From NCBI RefSeq assembly GCF_006345805.1, contig NC_043001.1, positions 129,456,001 to 129,520,000 on the forward strand: DNA of 64,000 nt, given 5' to 3'. This DNA is from Octopus sinensis. Its lineage: Eukaryota. Shown one piece after another: positions 14,373 through 26,076 of the stretch. The stretch's first letter is position 1. The number at the start of each line of letters is the position of its first letter. Position numbers and translations under genes: made by a program. The notes under the pieces were generated by a model. That model was not told the DNA's origin, ran no database searches, and saw only the letters and a list, made by a program, of their open reading frames with translations.

Positions 14373-14758
14373 TGTGAAATAGAAAGATGAATAATCTTGT
14401 AGCAGATTAATCAAAGTTCAACCGATACCTTGGTACAAAAATCACAGCAGAAGACAGCACGGTTGGAGGTACAACATATGGTGTTGCAACCGTGCGTTGG
14501 TGCGGATAATTGAAATTAAAATATTATTGGTGTGGAAAGAAATGGAGCTGAACGAAGATTGAACAGAAATCGTTTTATTTCATTCTACACGTGTTTCGAA
14601 AGGCACAATTTACCAAAATCCGATTGAATAATGAGACCATATTGTGTCTTTCTCTTCAGGAAGAAATAGGAAATCCGTTGGAAAATCAAAAACAGAACAC
14701 AGGCGGAGCAAAACAAATCGATCTAGGCTCCTAAGAGCCCGGGCTCTTAGGAGCCTAG
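14373..14758 (-). mobile_element. Non-coding Penelope-like/retrozyme-like element carrying an HHR
   Basis: (TA)n at both ends; HHR at 14576-14668; perfect 36-bp palindrome at the 5' end (14723-14758); 14410-14575 resembles 53400-53550. Confidence 0.65.
14576..14668 (-). ncRNA. Type I minimal hammerhead ribozyme, intact core
   Basis: UAUUUCUUC-CUGAAGA-GAAAGACACAAU...AUUGUGCCUUUC-GAAA-CACGUG-UA/GAAUGAAAUA: 12-bp helix II with one mismatch, palindromic helix III ACACGUGU, GUA site, 9-bp helix I with one bulge. Confidence 0.8.
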
Positions 14759-14762
14759 TTAT

Positions 14763-14836
<74 letters not shown>

Positions 14837-14963
14837 AATAATATATATATATATAAATAAATGAAAGAATGGAGTCGAACGAAGATGTTAACAAAATTCC
14901 TTTACTCTCCTTTACTTTTCCTTTACTCTCCTTACTGACGATAAACATAGGATAATTCATTCA

Positions 14964-15003
<40 letters not shown>

Positions 15004-15514
15004 CATACACACACATATGTATATATAATCTATGGGTGTATGTTTACACACACACACATAAATATATTATATATATGTATATATATATATGTAAACATGC
15101 ACCCATATACACATATATATACACAAGTACATAGATATGTGTGATTCTGAGCATGCCTGGATGTATATAAATTCCTTTTTTTTATGATTTGCTGTCATTT
15201 TTTTCATATTTATGTGTAATATTTCAGTTGATATCATATCACAACTGTATTTTATAATTACATAGAAATTGAAATAATAAATATTTGTAATTCCTGATAT
15301 GCATCACTACATATATGCTGTGTGTGCGTGCGCGGTGTGTGACAGATATTTAGATAGACATATATATTCATACATATAGATATATTCATATATATTGATA
15401 TATATGTAGTAAATATATGCTTATATATGCATGTACACCAATATATATATTCATACATATATATTTATATTTATGTGATCTATATAGAAAACTATATATT
15501 CATATACATGTAAA

Positions 15515-15561
<47 letters not shown>

Positions 15562-15806
15562 ATATACATGTAGATGTAAGTATGTACATATATGTATGTA
15601 TATATGCATATATTTTATTTATTTATTACTATATGACCGAACGCACGCGTTATTTCTCTGCTCCAAGTTTTTATATATATATATATATATACACACACAT
15701 ACATATATATATGCACATAAATCATCTAAAAGTCCATAAGTCAAGAAAAAGATGCACTCGTATCTATCTGTCTATCTATCTATCTATCTCCCTCTCTCTC
15801 TCCTTC

Positions 15807-15839
<33 letters not shown>

Positions 15840-16361
15840 ATATATATACAGTTAAACGGTAGTTTGATCTAGATGATCATAGTATAAGAAGTTAGTATGC
15901 TTTTAGAATGTACATAGCTTGTAGAGATGACAAAATGCAAACAATATACAATAAAGAGAGTTAATAGCCATCATATGTTTATCATTTGTACTGCGTATTG
16001 ATAAACTCATGAAGTAATTTTTCTGTCAGTAATAACATATCCATGAGTGACAAGTTCAACTTCAATTTCTCCATTCTAAAGATTTCTATGCCATTAGAAT
16101 TCACGTGTGCATACTACTCTGTAACTGTTTAGTTCCTGTGTTAGTGGACACTAATTGTGTAGACGTTTATGGAGTGCAAAAATTAAAGTTTGAACTTGTT
16201 GCTCAAGGATATCCTGTTACGGAGTAAAAATGAATATACAAGTCTGTTAATTTAGAGAACAAATGATAACATAATGATGGTAATTAAATTCTTTTCTTCA
16301 TATATCATCTACCTTTTGTCACTTATACTAGCTGTGTACAAGCTTGAGGCTTACTAACTTC

Positions 16362-16396
<35 letters not shown>

Positions 16397-16414
16397 TAAA
16401 TATATGTATATATG

Positions 16415-16458
<44 letters not shown>

Positions 16459-16462
<4 letters not shown>

Positions 16463-16552
16463 GCTGAAGATTGCTCTACATTTTAAATTGATGTAATGGA
16501 AATGACTGCATTGTTCGATTAAATGGAGTCGCATGAAACAATCGTACCTGCA
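16459..16552 (+). ncRNA. Partly decayed hammerhead motif (same family as 47261 and 47483)
   Basis: UGCAG-CUGAAGA-UUGC...GCAU-GAAA-CAAUCGUA-CCUGCA; one helix III mismatch and one extra C. The element continues to ~16682. Confidence 0.6.
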
Positions 16553-16837
16553 TTACCTCTAGATATCCTTGTTGCTTATTTTGATTTTAATCACCTTATT
16601 TTCAAATTGTATGGATAATACCATATTAAATTCTTGTGCTTTAAGTACTTCAAGTACTATATTCATCTGAATCTAAATTTTAAATATATATATATATTAT
16701 ATTAAATTAGAGACAAAACCACTATTAGGCAAATCAAACAATGAAAAACATAAGCCAATACATAAAATTAATTAATTTATATTATTTTAAATATATATCA
16801 AAAGTGTTAAAAGTTTAATAAAGGATAAAGAGTAAAA

Positions 16838-16906
16838 CACTACGATCGTTTCATGGCTGTACAATTCGTAATAATTCGAGTTATGGTTACAGTCAATCTT
16901 CAGGTA
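16838..16906 (-). ncRNA. Type I minimal hammerhead motif with U.U at the base of helix II
   Basis: UAC-CUGAAGA-UUGACUGUA...UACAGCCAU-GAAA-CGAUCG-UA/GUG. Confidence 0.65.
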
Positions 16907-16945
16907 ATTGAAATATTTATCTTAGCGAGGTTTAGCAAATATAAA

Positions 16946-17099
16946 TAATATGTGGCAATTAGTTGGTTGTCATAATAAACTCAGAGTTTCAGATACTGGG
17001 GCTGAAGTCTGCTCTGGCATATGATGCTGGACCAGACTTCAGCCCTTATATTTGAAACTCAGGGTTTTATTATGACAACCAACTAATTGTCGCATATTA
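16946..17099. repeat. Fold-back element retaining only the 3' half (GAAACUC.G.GUU) of an HHR-like motif
   Basis: Arms taatatgtggcaattagttggttgtcataataaa..gtttca..gggctgaagtctg / cagacttcagccc..tgaaac..tttattatgacaaccaactaattgtcgcatatta. Confidence 0.8.
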
Positions 17100-17512
17100 T
17101 ATTTAAAGATAAATTCCTCTGTTTTACATAATATCGAGGTCTCATTCATTCCTTTGTTGTCATATTATTATTATTAAAATATATATATAATGGACTCTCC
17201 CATTGTTAGATGACATATGAGGGTTCAACAACTTCTCACTGAACAACTACACAAATGATTTGTTTATTGTGATCAAATGTTTGTGTAGACATAAGCTTAC
17301 TCCCTCCATCAAATTGGCATTACCTGTACAGGTGCAACTGGGTGACACAAGTCATATGTCAAAATGATTGCAGAGTAATGTGAAAATGAAGTGCTTTGCT
17401 CAAGAACATAATGCAATGCCTGGTCTTGGTATTGAACCAAGGATCTCGCAATTGTGAATACAACAACTTAAGCACTAAGCCATGTGTCGTTACATATATA
17501 TATACAGGGTGT

Positions 17513-17898
17513 GGAGGCGCAATGGCCCAGTGGTTAGGGCAGTGGACTTGCGGTCGTAGGATCGCGGTTTCGATTCCCAGACCGGGTGTTGTGAGTGTTT
17601 ATTGAGCGAAAACACCTAAAGCTCCACGAGGCTCCGGCAGGGATGGTGGTGATCCCTGCTGTACTCTTTCACCACAACTTTCTCTCACTCTTACTTCCTG
17701 TTTCTGTTGTACTTGTATTTCAAAAGGCCGGCCTTGTCACTCTCTGTGTCACGCTGAATATCCCCGAGAACTACGTTAAGGGTACACCTGTATGTGGAGT
17801 GCTCAGCCACTTACACATTAATTTCACAAGCAGGCTGTTCCGTTGATTCGGGTCAACCAGAACCCTCGTCGTCGTAACCGACAGAGTGCTTCCAATCC
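17513..17898 (+). mobile_element. Near full-length tRNA-derived SINE, family C
   Basis: A box TGGCCCAGTGG, B-box-like GGTTTCGATTCC, CpG-rich body; decayed relatives at ~28947-29185. Confidence 0.8.
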
Positions 17899-17904
17899 AA
17901 TATA

Positions 17905-18139
17905 CAGGGTGGACCAAAAGTAGGCTTACAGTTATTCAACTATCTATTTCACAGGCATATATTAACAGTTTAGATCTTAATTATAAAAAAAATATGAAGC
18001 CATTATTCTATGATAATTTAGTTAATTTCGTCAAGCTTCCTTTTCAATTTGTAAGATAGGAATTTAAATGTAATAAAATACTTTAAAAGAAATTTATAGT
18101 GCCAACATGATAACTGTAAACCTACTTTTGGGCCACTCT
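17905..18139. mobile_element. Tc1/mariner-type MITE
   Basis: TA-cagggtggaccaaaagtaggcttacagtt ... aactgtaaacctacttttgggccactct-TA; ~30-bp imperfect TIRs. Confidence 0.8.
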
Positions 18140-18417
18140 TATATATATATATATGTATTGGTCCCAAATTTTGGCTTAGAGCCAGCAATTTTGGGGAAAG
18201 GGGTAAGTTGGTTACATCAACCTCAATGCTCAACTGGTACTTATATTTTCGATGTCAAATGAATAAAAGGCAAGGTGTAATTTGCATTGAGAACATACAG
18301 TTGAACGAAATACTACTAAGTGTATTGCCTGGTGTGGTAAAGATTCTGCCTGCTCACAGCCCTATATATATATATATATATATATATACTCAACATAAGC
18401 AACAAGAATGACTCCGG

Positions 18418-18510
18418 TAATTTGGTACGATCGTTTCGTACTACATCATTTTATTAAATGTTGTAAGTATTACAACAGATTTAAGATGCTGAGTACTCAT
18501 CAGCCAATTA
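18418..18510 (-). ncRNA. Type I minimal hammerhead ribozyme, fully canonical core
   Basis: UAAUUGG-CUGAUGA-GUACU...AGUAC-GAAA-CGAUCG-UA/CCAAAUUA; G10.1-C11.1 pair; predicted cleavage between 18426 and 18425. Confidence 0.85.
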
Positions 18511-18716
18511 TAGAGGTTTTCCATTAATACAAAAATTTTCATATCAAGTGGCAACATTATAGAGAAGGTAGATATATAGACAAAGATGTGGATTTAAATT
18601 TTAAGAACATATGAGGTAGTGGAGTCCTTTGTCTATATATCTTTGTCTGTATATCTACCTTCTCTATAATGTTGCCACTTGATTTGAACATTTTTGTATT
18701 AATGAAAAAACCTCTA

Positions 18717-18809
18717 TAATTGGCTGATGAGTACCTGGCATTTTAAATCTGTTGTAATACTTACAACATTTAATAGAATGATGTAGTACAAAACGATCGT
18801 ACCAAATTA
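18717..18809 (+). ncRNA. Mirror HHR copy inactivated by G12A
   Basis: Same fold as 18418-18510 but GTAC-AAAAC at 18790 instead of GTAC-GAAAC, consistent with CpG decay. Confidence 0.75.
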
Positions 18810-18935
18810 CCAGAGTCATTCTGGTTGCTTATTTTGATTATAATCACCCCACCAATTTTTATGGTTAACACCATACAAAATTCTGGTGCATCTAAATTAA
18901 GTTCCATATTCATTTGAATCTAAATTTTTGTTGAA

Positions 18936-18979
<44 letters not shown>

Positions 18980-19166
18980 GCATGTAAAAGCATCCAATAT
19001 CCATTACACTCTCAGAGTGGTTGGCATCAGGAAGGGTATCCAGCTGTAGAAACCATGCGAAATCAGATTGGAGTCTAGTGCAAACTTCCAGCTTGCCAGC
19101 CTTGGTCAAACCATCTAACCCATGCCAGCATGGACAACAGACGTTAGATGATAATGATGATGATGA

Positions 19167-19260
<94 letters not shown>

Positions 19261-19528
19261 TGTGTGTGTGTGTGTGTGTATGTACACATCATATATATGT
19301 ATATATATATATATTATATATATATAAAGGTTGGTACGCTCCCTTGTTCACTGTATATTTCAGTCACAGATCGTGTGTCAATAACCAGCTGGCAAAGATG
19401 TTTTCCTGGGGTTAAATGGTAGTAACATGGTCTTATGCAGAACTACATTGGCAAATAGATTTTACAATGAAGTATAGTTACAACTTAGATCTCATTCAGA
19501 GATTTAAAACTGGCTATTTTTTAAAATC

Positions 19529-19563
<35 letters not shown>

Positions 19564-19648
19564 ATACATTTAGTAGCATAATATAAAGAAAATGGAGAGT
19601 TTGAATACAACAAAATCAACTTATTTACATAACTGTTGATTACGTAAT

Positions 19649-19735
19649 GCCTACGATCGTTTCAATATCCACCTTTGTTTATTATACAATTAATAATTGC
19701 ATTATGAGTTCCGAAGGCAAAAATCTCTTCAGGGC
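19649..19735 (-). ncRNA. Type I minimal hammerhead motif
   Basis: GCC-CUGAAGA-GAUUUUUGCCUU...AAGGUGGAUAUU-GAAA-CGAUCG-UA/GGC; helix II wobble-rich. Confidence 0.7.
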
Positions 19736-19777
19736 CAAAATCAGCATATTTTGTATATGTAAATATGTCGATTCTGG

Positions 19778-20259
19778 GCCCGAAGAGATTTCTGCCTTTG
19801 GAACTCATAATGCAATTATTAATTGTATAATAAACTAGCAGTATCGCCCGGCGTTGCTCGGGTTTGTAAGGGAAATAATTATATAAGCATTTTTAGAGAG
19901 TTATAGCCAAAAAATAGCAAAAAATGCATTAAAAATGGAAAAGAAATTATGGTAATTTTTTTTTAAATCGTCGACTCATCGTAGACATTTTTAGAGAGTT
20001 ACTTCCCTTATATAATAGCGAAAAAAATGCATTAAAATGGAAAAAAATGATGGTAAATTTTTTTAAAATCGTAGACTCATCGTAGACGCGCGCTAATACC
20101 CAGAAGGGCTCGATATGAATCACGACTATAAGATACCCGGTTTTGGTTAAACTGCACCGCAAAATGTGGGAGTAGTTAGGAATCTAAATCGTAGGAGACA
20201 GACACACAACTTCACTTTTATATATAAAGATAAAAGTGGATATTGAAACGATCGTAGGC
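19778..20259 (+). ncRNA. Mirror HHR copy, core altered (CCGAAGA) and split by the Helitron
   Basis: gcccgaagagatttctgcc...[396-bp Helitron]...gatattgaaacgatcgtaggc. Confidence 0.55.
19835..20230 (-). mobile_element. Non-autonomous Helitron, copy 2 (396 bp)
   Basis: Reverse complement of 6977-7372; TC...CTAG ends; A^T target. Confidence 0.9.
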
Positions 20260-20837
20260 ATTATGTAATCAACAGTTATGTAAATAAATTGATTTTGTTG
20301 TATTCAAACTCTCCATTTTCTTTATATTATACTGCAAGTCACTTTGTCCAAAGTTTCAAATGATTCTGCCAATGTACATACTAACCACATACTGAATAAA
20401 TTACTAACAACAACAATAATAATGATATCAAATTTTGGTACAAGGCCAACAATTTCAGGACAAGCTGATTACATTGACCGTAGTATTCAACTGGTACTTA
20501 TTTTTAGACCTTGAAAGGATGGAAAACGAAGTTGATCTCGGCAGAATTTGAACACAGAACATGAAGATGGATGAAATGCAACTAAGCATTTTGCCCAGAA
20601 TGCTAATAATGGTGATAATAATAATCTTTTCTCTTACAAGTACAAGGCCTGAAATTTTGTGGAATGGGGTAAGTTGATTGCATTGACTCCAGATCAACTG
20701 GTTCCTATTTTATTGGGCTCGAAAGGATGCAAAGCAAAATCTACCTTTGCAGAATTTGAACTCAGAATGTGAAAATGGACAAAAAAGCTGCCAAGCATTT
20801 CACCTAGCATGCTAATAATAATTATAATGATTAATTA

Positions 20838-21232
20838 CCAGACTTAGGAATGGTGGATAAAGTAAACCACATGTGCTCTATACCTGATGTTGCATGTCCA
20901 TTTGACTCACAGATAATTAAAAAAGAAAGTGAAAAAATAGATGTATACTTGAATACAAGATAACCTGACTGTTGAAGTAGGAAAAGGTGAAAATAGTTCT
21001 GATTATTGTTGGGACATTGGGGATAGTATCAAAAGATATTGAGAGAATCAAAGTAAATGGGAACAGAGTGTCAGTAGAACTGTGGCAAATAATTTGCCTC
21101 CTCCTTGCCATGGTCAGAATTATCATGAAAGTGCTATATACTTGAAGAGAACAAATAGCATGGTACCATAGGCTACAGGTTGGAAACCCACTATTCATGC
21201 AAGATTCCAGTAGTTCCAACAAAGCTTGTTCC
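20838..21232 (+). mobile_element. Third REL-endonuclease LINE 3' fragment (decayed)
   Basis: PDLGMVDKVNHMCSIPDVACPFDSQIIKKESEKIDVY (PD..D..K nuclease region), then KVKIVLIIVGTLGIVSKDI...VRIIMKVLYT*; preceded by a degenerate TAA run. Confidence 0.75.
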
Positions 21233-21236
21233 TTAA

Positions 21237-21457
21237 CCCTTTTGTTACCAATCTGGCGGAAACTGGCTCTGGCTCTGTAGTACAAATGTCTTGTTTTCAT
21301 AAGTTTTGAATTAAAATCTCCCACCAAATCTTAGTCATAATTAATGCTCCTAACACTAGCTGAATGATGACTAAGTTATTTTACTAAATTCTTTGTTATA
21401 TTTAAATTAATTGAAAAAAACACAGAGCATCTCAAAATAAATATAGTAATGAAAGGG
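21237..21457. mobile_element. piggyBac-type MITE, copy 1
   Basis: TTAA-ccctttt gttac ... gtaatgaaaggg-TTAA (21233-21236 and 21458-21461). Confidence 0.85.
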
Positions 21458-21466
21458 TTAAAACTA

Positions 21467-21881
21467 CACACTATCCAAAAAATAACCCTGCTAGAAACAG
21501 CCCACATCCTTTGCAAGACACAATCAATTCAATAGTACAAACCCAAATAAAGCAATCCAAATACACAAGACACACTGTAAACAGTAAATGTTCAATAAAA
21601 TAAACAACCCTCACAGCATATATTCTACAGGCTGGATACCCAACAGAACACAACTGGCATTACACACACAACACACAATAGAAACACTATCATAGCAAAA
21701 ACTGCAATAAATCCCCATAACAAAATAAATGAAAGCAATACAATACTGGAAGAGTTTGCACTCCCCCAACAACGAAAAAGAATACACAATGCTGCACACA
21801 CCTCAACAAAATGGAGGTGTAAGCAACTGATGAAGCGGAAATAAATCTGAAACTATCAAATGTTGAACAATAGTAATAATA
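21467..21881 (+). mobile_element. Fourth REL-endonuclease LINE 3' end with long 3' UTR
   Basis: HTIQKITLLETAHILCKTQSIQ* (stop 21533-21535) matches the QK..LLGTA.IL.K.L terminus; ends in aatagtaataatag. Confidence 0.65.
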
Positions 21882-22055
21882 GATCCCCAAATTTAATCAG
21901 TTCATGCCAGTCATAATGTCAAACATCGCTGAACGTCTCATCTGAATCCATCCAGCGGTTCATGCGATATATTGTCCATGGACAAACAAACCAACAAACA
22001 AACAAACAAACACAACTGAAAACAATACCTCTGCCTTCGCTATGGTAGAGGTAAT
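21882..22055 (+). mobile_element. Helentron-associated (HINE/DINE-1-like) 3' fragment
   Basis: (CAAA)n followed by terminal hairpin tacctctgcc-ttcgctat-ggtagaggta. Confidence 0.6.
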
Positions 22056-22094
22056 GGGTTGGGGCATAATTATTGAGGCTTTTCTTCAACAGAT

Positions 22095-22263
22095 TTTATT
22101 CAACAAAAACAATAACAGCATGTAACAAAAACATCTTTAAATGATTATTCTGGAGCATATTCACCATCTACTTCGATTACTGCTTCCCATTTGCTTGGCA
22201 GACGGTCAGACTGTCATTTAAAGACGTTTTTGTTAAATATTGTTATTGTTCTTGTTGAATAAA
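22095..22263. mobile_element. MITE-like element with ~50-bp imperfect inverted arms
   Basis: tttattcaacaaaaacaataaca..taacaaaaacatctttaaatga / tcatttaaagacgtttttgtta..tgttattgttcttgttgaataaa. Confidence 0.65.
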
Positions 22264-22314
22264 TGTCTCTAATAGAAGTGTGCAGCCAGAAATTTTTGGG
22301 AAAGGAATAGTTGA

Positions 22315-22613
22315 TTGTTTGTTCCTACTTGGGCCATGCCTGGCTCATAAGGGCTGGTTTCTCGGTTTCCTTGGCGTATAGGTTCCCCACCTGGACGGGA
22401 CACCAGTCCATCGTGGGTGAGCTGAAAGATGCAGGAGGAAAGAGTGAAAGTTGTGGCAAAAGTGTCAGCAGAAGTTTCGCCATTACCTTCTGCTGGAGCT
22501 GTGTGGAGCTTAGGTGTTTCTCTCATAAACACACACATCGCCTGGTCTGAGATTCGAACCCGTGATCCCTCGACCGCGAGTCTAATGCTCTAACCACTAG
22601 GCCATGTACCTCT
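22315..22613 (-). mobile_element. Full-length tRNA-derived SINE, family D
   Basis: Minus strand GGTACATGGCCTAGTGGTTAGAGC...GGGTTCGAATCTC (A and B boxes), V-domain-like gatggactggtgtcccgtccagg, (CAAA) tail. Confidence 0.8.
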
Positions 22614-23579
22614 CTACAATAGTTGATTAGACAAGAGCAAAACTTGACTATTACTGCATTTATCCCAGAGGGGTGAAAAGAAAAGTTGACCTCAACAAAA
22701 TTTGAACTCAGAATGTAAAGATTTTGAACAAATACAGCAAAGCACATTTTTTTTCCCAATGACCTCATGATTTTTGCCAATCCACCCTCCTCAATAACAA
22801 TAATAATAATAAAAACACTATAAATATGATGTATGAATATACACACACATCCATCCATCCACACACACATACACATGTATATACATACATAAGTACATGT
22901 TGAAACACATACACACATACAAATACAGACACATGCATACACAAATATATGCATAGACATACATTCTGACACAGCTACTCTTACACTCACCCACCACACA
23001 CCCCTATAAACAAACAATGTATAAATAAGAGCAGTCCTATGCCTATGTATGTGTATGGATGTATGTATGTAAGCATACGTATGTATGGATGTTGTAGTAT
23101 GGATGTATGTAAGCATATGCATATATGTGTGTGCGTGTGAGAGCACATTATATTTTTTTTTTCTATATTTTATTTAAGGGGAAATCAAAGCAAGACAGCT
23201 CCAAGATAAGCAATTAATCCAAACGAAAAGATTACTATTAAGATAATCTCCTCTGTGATATATATCTACCCACATTTTTGTCACACACACACACACACAC
23301 ACATATATATACACACATCTACTCTACTCCCCTACACAAATATTTCACAATTTCCAATTTGCTACCCACTCTCCACAACACTCCCCCACAACACCCCCCA
23401 AATGTTTAATGAGACTGACCCTGCCTCCACTCCCACCAATATAAGTGTTATTTGTATGGAGATTAATAGTTTTAAGTCAACTACAACTGGTGGGGGTTGA
23501 TGTGCTAGGAGGAAGCACAAAATGCTAGTGGTGGTGGTGGAGCAATAGATATATCAAGGCAGTATTACATATTATATAT

Positions 23580-23610
<31 letters not shown>

Positions 23611-23667
23611 CACCACCACCACCACCACCACCACCACTACTACTACTACCACAACCAACACTACTAG

Positions 23668-23707
<40 letters not shown>

Positions 23708-23880
23708 GCTACTGCTGCTACTACTACTACGACCACCATCAATTTAAGGTGGCAAATTGGTAAAGGCATTAGTGTTGGAGAGAATGCTGTGTGGTTTTTA
23801 TTGACTTTAGGTGCACAGAGGTCAGCTTTACTTTTCTTTTCATCCTTTTAGTATTGGTGGTAGTGGTGGTGTATATATGG

Positions 23881-24103
23881 GGTGGCGAGCTGGCAGAGTC
23901 GTTAGCACGTCGGGCGAAATGCGTAGCCGTATTTCGTCTGCCGTTACGTTCTGAGTTCAAATTCCGCCGAGGTCGACTTTGCCTTTCATCCTTTCGGGGT
24001 CGATTAAATAAGTACCAGTTATGCTCTGGGGTCGATATAATTGACTTAATCCGTTTGTCTGTCCTTTCCGTGTTTAGCCCCTTGTGGGTAGTAAAGAAAT
24101 AGG
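23881..24103 (+). mobile_element. Full-length tRNA-derived SINE, family A (Nin/Deu-like central domain)
   Basis: A box TGGCAGAGTCG, B box GAGTTCAAATT, core GTCGACTTTGCCTTTCATCCTTTCGGGGTCGAT. Many decayed minus-strand copies (e.g. 4285, 18165, 20420, 20630, 22630, 24680, 28405, 36780, 45490). Confidence 0.85.
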
Positions 24104-24372
24104 TATGTATATGGAGTGGGGACTTGATAAAAAAATGTAACAATCCTAGGTAGTGGACTGGTGAAATTGTTTAGAGTGTCAGGCGTTAGATTACTTGCTG
24201 TCTCTGTTCTCTAGCTCTGTGTGTTCTGGTTTCAAATCCACCCCCTGTCACAAAACAAAATAGTGATTGGTGCTTTTGAACATCCATTGGAAACATAAGT
24301 TTCCTTGAAGCAATTATTGGAAGATCAACTCACACCACCTCTCCTGCGGCTAAACAACTACTACTAGTACTA

Positions 24373-24403
<31 letters not shown>

Positions 24404-24408
24404 AGCTA

Positions 24409-24439
<31 letters not shown>

Positions 24440-24592
24440 GGCTACTACTACTACTACTACCCACCACCACCACTACGAATGCCATCGCCACTACTACTAC
24501 TACTACTACTACTACTATCATACAAGTGAACTACTACTACTACTACTACTATCATACAAGTGATACTACTACTACTACTATCATAATAGTGA

Positions 24593-24627
<35 letters not shown>

Positions 24628-24904
24628 TAATGATACTACTACCACCGCCACCACCACCACCATAATAATGATAACAATAATGGTTTCAAATTTTGGCACA
24701 AGGCCAGCAATTTCGAGGTTGGGGGGAAGTTGATTACGTTGACCCCAGTGCTCAACTGGTATGTATTTTACTGACCCTGAAAGGACGAAAGGCAAAGTTG
24801 ACCAAGGCAGAATTTGAACACAGAATGCAAAGACAGACAAAATGTTGCTAAACACTTCACCCACAATGCTAATGGTTCAGCTGGCTCCCTGCCTTAATAA
24901 CAGA

Positions 24905-25135
24905 GCATTGGGTTCAATACCACCCAATCTAAAAAAAACATCTGAAAACCTTAGAAATACCCTACAATCTAGATGTATTACAAAAGTCGGCGTTACTTAG
25001 AATGGCATGCATATTGTGTAAAGTACTGTCTGTCTGAGAGCCTTGTTGTGACTTGATAAACAATATAAACCCCCAGTAGATACAATATCTTCAATCAACA
25101 ACCTCACAATATTGTAAACTGTGTGATGTCTATAA
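24905..25135 (+). mobile_element. Fifth REL-endonuclease LINE 3' fragment
   Basis: ALGSIPPNLKK/HLKTLEIPYNLDVLQKSALLRMACILCKVLSV* (stop 25035-25037); taataa before and (TAA)n after. Confidence 0.8.
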
Positions 25136-25158
25136 TAATGATAATAATAATAATAATA

Positions 25159-25693
25159 AAATGCCCTGATGCAGTACCAGGCAGTGGCTCTCATGGCTGC
25201 TGATCTTAACTGATTGGAAGTGTTATCATGTATATTGTTTTGCCTTGGTATAAAAGATGGGCTACAGCAAATATTCTGCTCAATACCACAAATTTGCTTG
25301 TCAGTTGTTTGACCTTAACCAATTGAGCATGTCCCTTTGTGGCTGATGATATGTGCATCTCTGATCACAAGCAGAAGTAGTAGGGGAGCATCATAGCTAT
25401 GTGTTGTGGGGGATTCTTTGGGGTTTGAATAATTCACCTCTGGAAACATGGGTGTTTCGTTCAATATCCTTAAACAACCCTTATTCAGGGACCTTTCGAG
25501 TAGAAATTCTACCTGGGCCCCACCTGCAAGGTCATGCGCTGTTTATCTTGATATGAGATCACCATGTCACGCACATATCGTTGTGATGCATATGCCAAGT
25601 GTACCCTTATCAGATGGGTAGCATGATGCGTATACTGGGCTTCGTATATTTTACCCCAGTGTCACTTTGATGGCATGCACTGCTCTCTCACTC
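25159..25693 (+). mobile_element. 535-bp non-coding element flanked by (TAA)n on both sides
   Basis: Sharp boundaries aaatgccctgatgc...ctctctcactc between two (AAT)n runs; higher GC than flanks; no ORF. Orientation inferred from the tail. Confidence 0.5.
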
Positions 25694-26076
25694 AATAATA
25701 ATAATAATAATAATAATCATAATAATAATGTCACCATCACCATTCACTACAAAAAATACTGATAATACTGCTACTAAATACTTTCACTGAATGGTATTTT
25801 ACAAATGTACCCCACCCAGTCAGGTTTTGCAAAAATGAATAAATAAATAAACAAGTCAATAAAAACAAGATTATTTTAATCATTTAACCTCAGTGTTTAT
25901 TTTTAAGGCTGGCATTTATTGTATCAGTTCTTTTAGCTAACTGTAGGAATATAATCAAACCAACACCGGTTATCAAACACTGAGAGACAAACACAAATTT
26001 TTCACAGTGACTTATTACCTGTGAAAACATGTCTGACCACGGGGGAAATATTACATGACTTGGAGACAGGTGAAGG

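Larger units (their letters stand above)
18395..18935. mobile_element. Fold-back Penelope-like element with two divergent HHRs
   Basis: Arms ~18395-18587 and ~18639-18830; only the right arm continues (to 18935); (TA)n on both flanks. Confidence 0.8.
19577..20331. mobile_element. Fold-back Penelope-like element interrupted by a Helitron
   Basis: Left arm 19577-~19750 is the reverse complement of ~19765-19834 joined to 20231-20331. Confidence 0.85.

Noticed and set aside
21827-21857. CUGAUGA...GAAAC in the LINE 3' UTR
   Set aside because: Helix II has only 2 bp and no helix III or NUH can be formed.
22540-22613. tRNA-like sequence with good A and B boxes
   Set aside because: Acceptor stem does not close and it runs into a SINE body; the same holds for the heads at 17513, 23881 and 27124. 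No true tRNA gene found.
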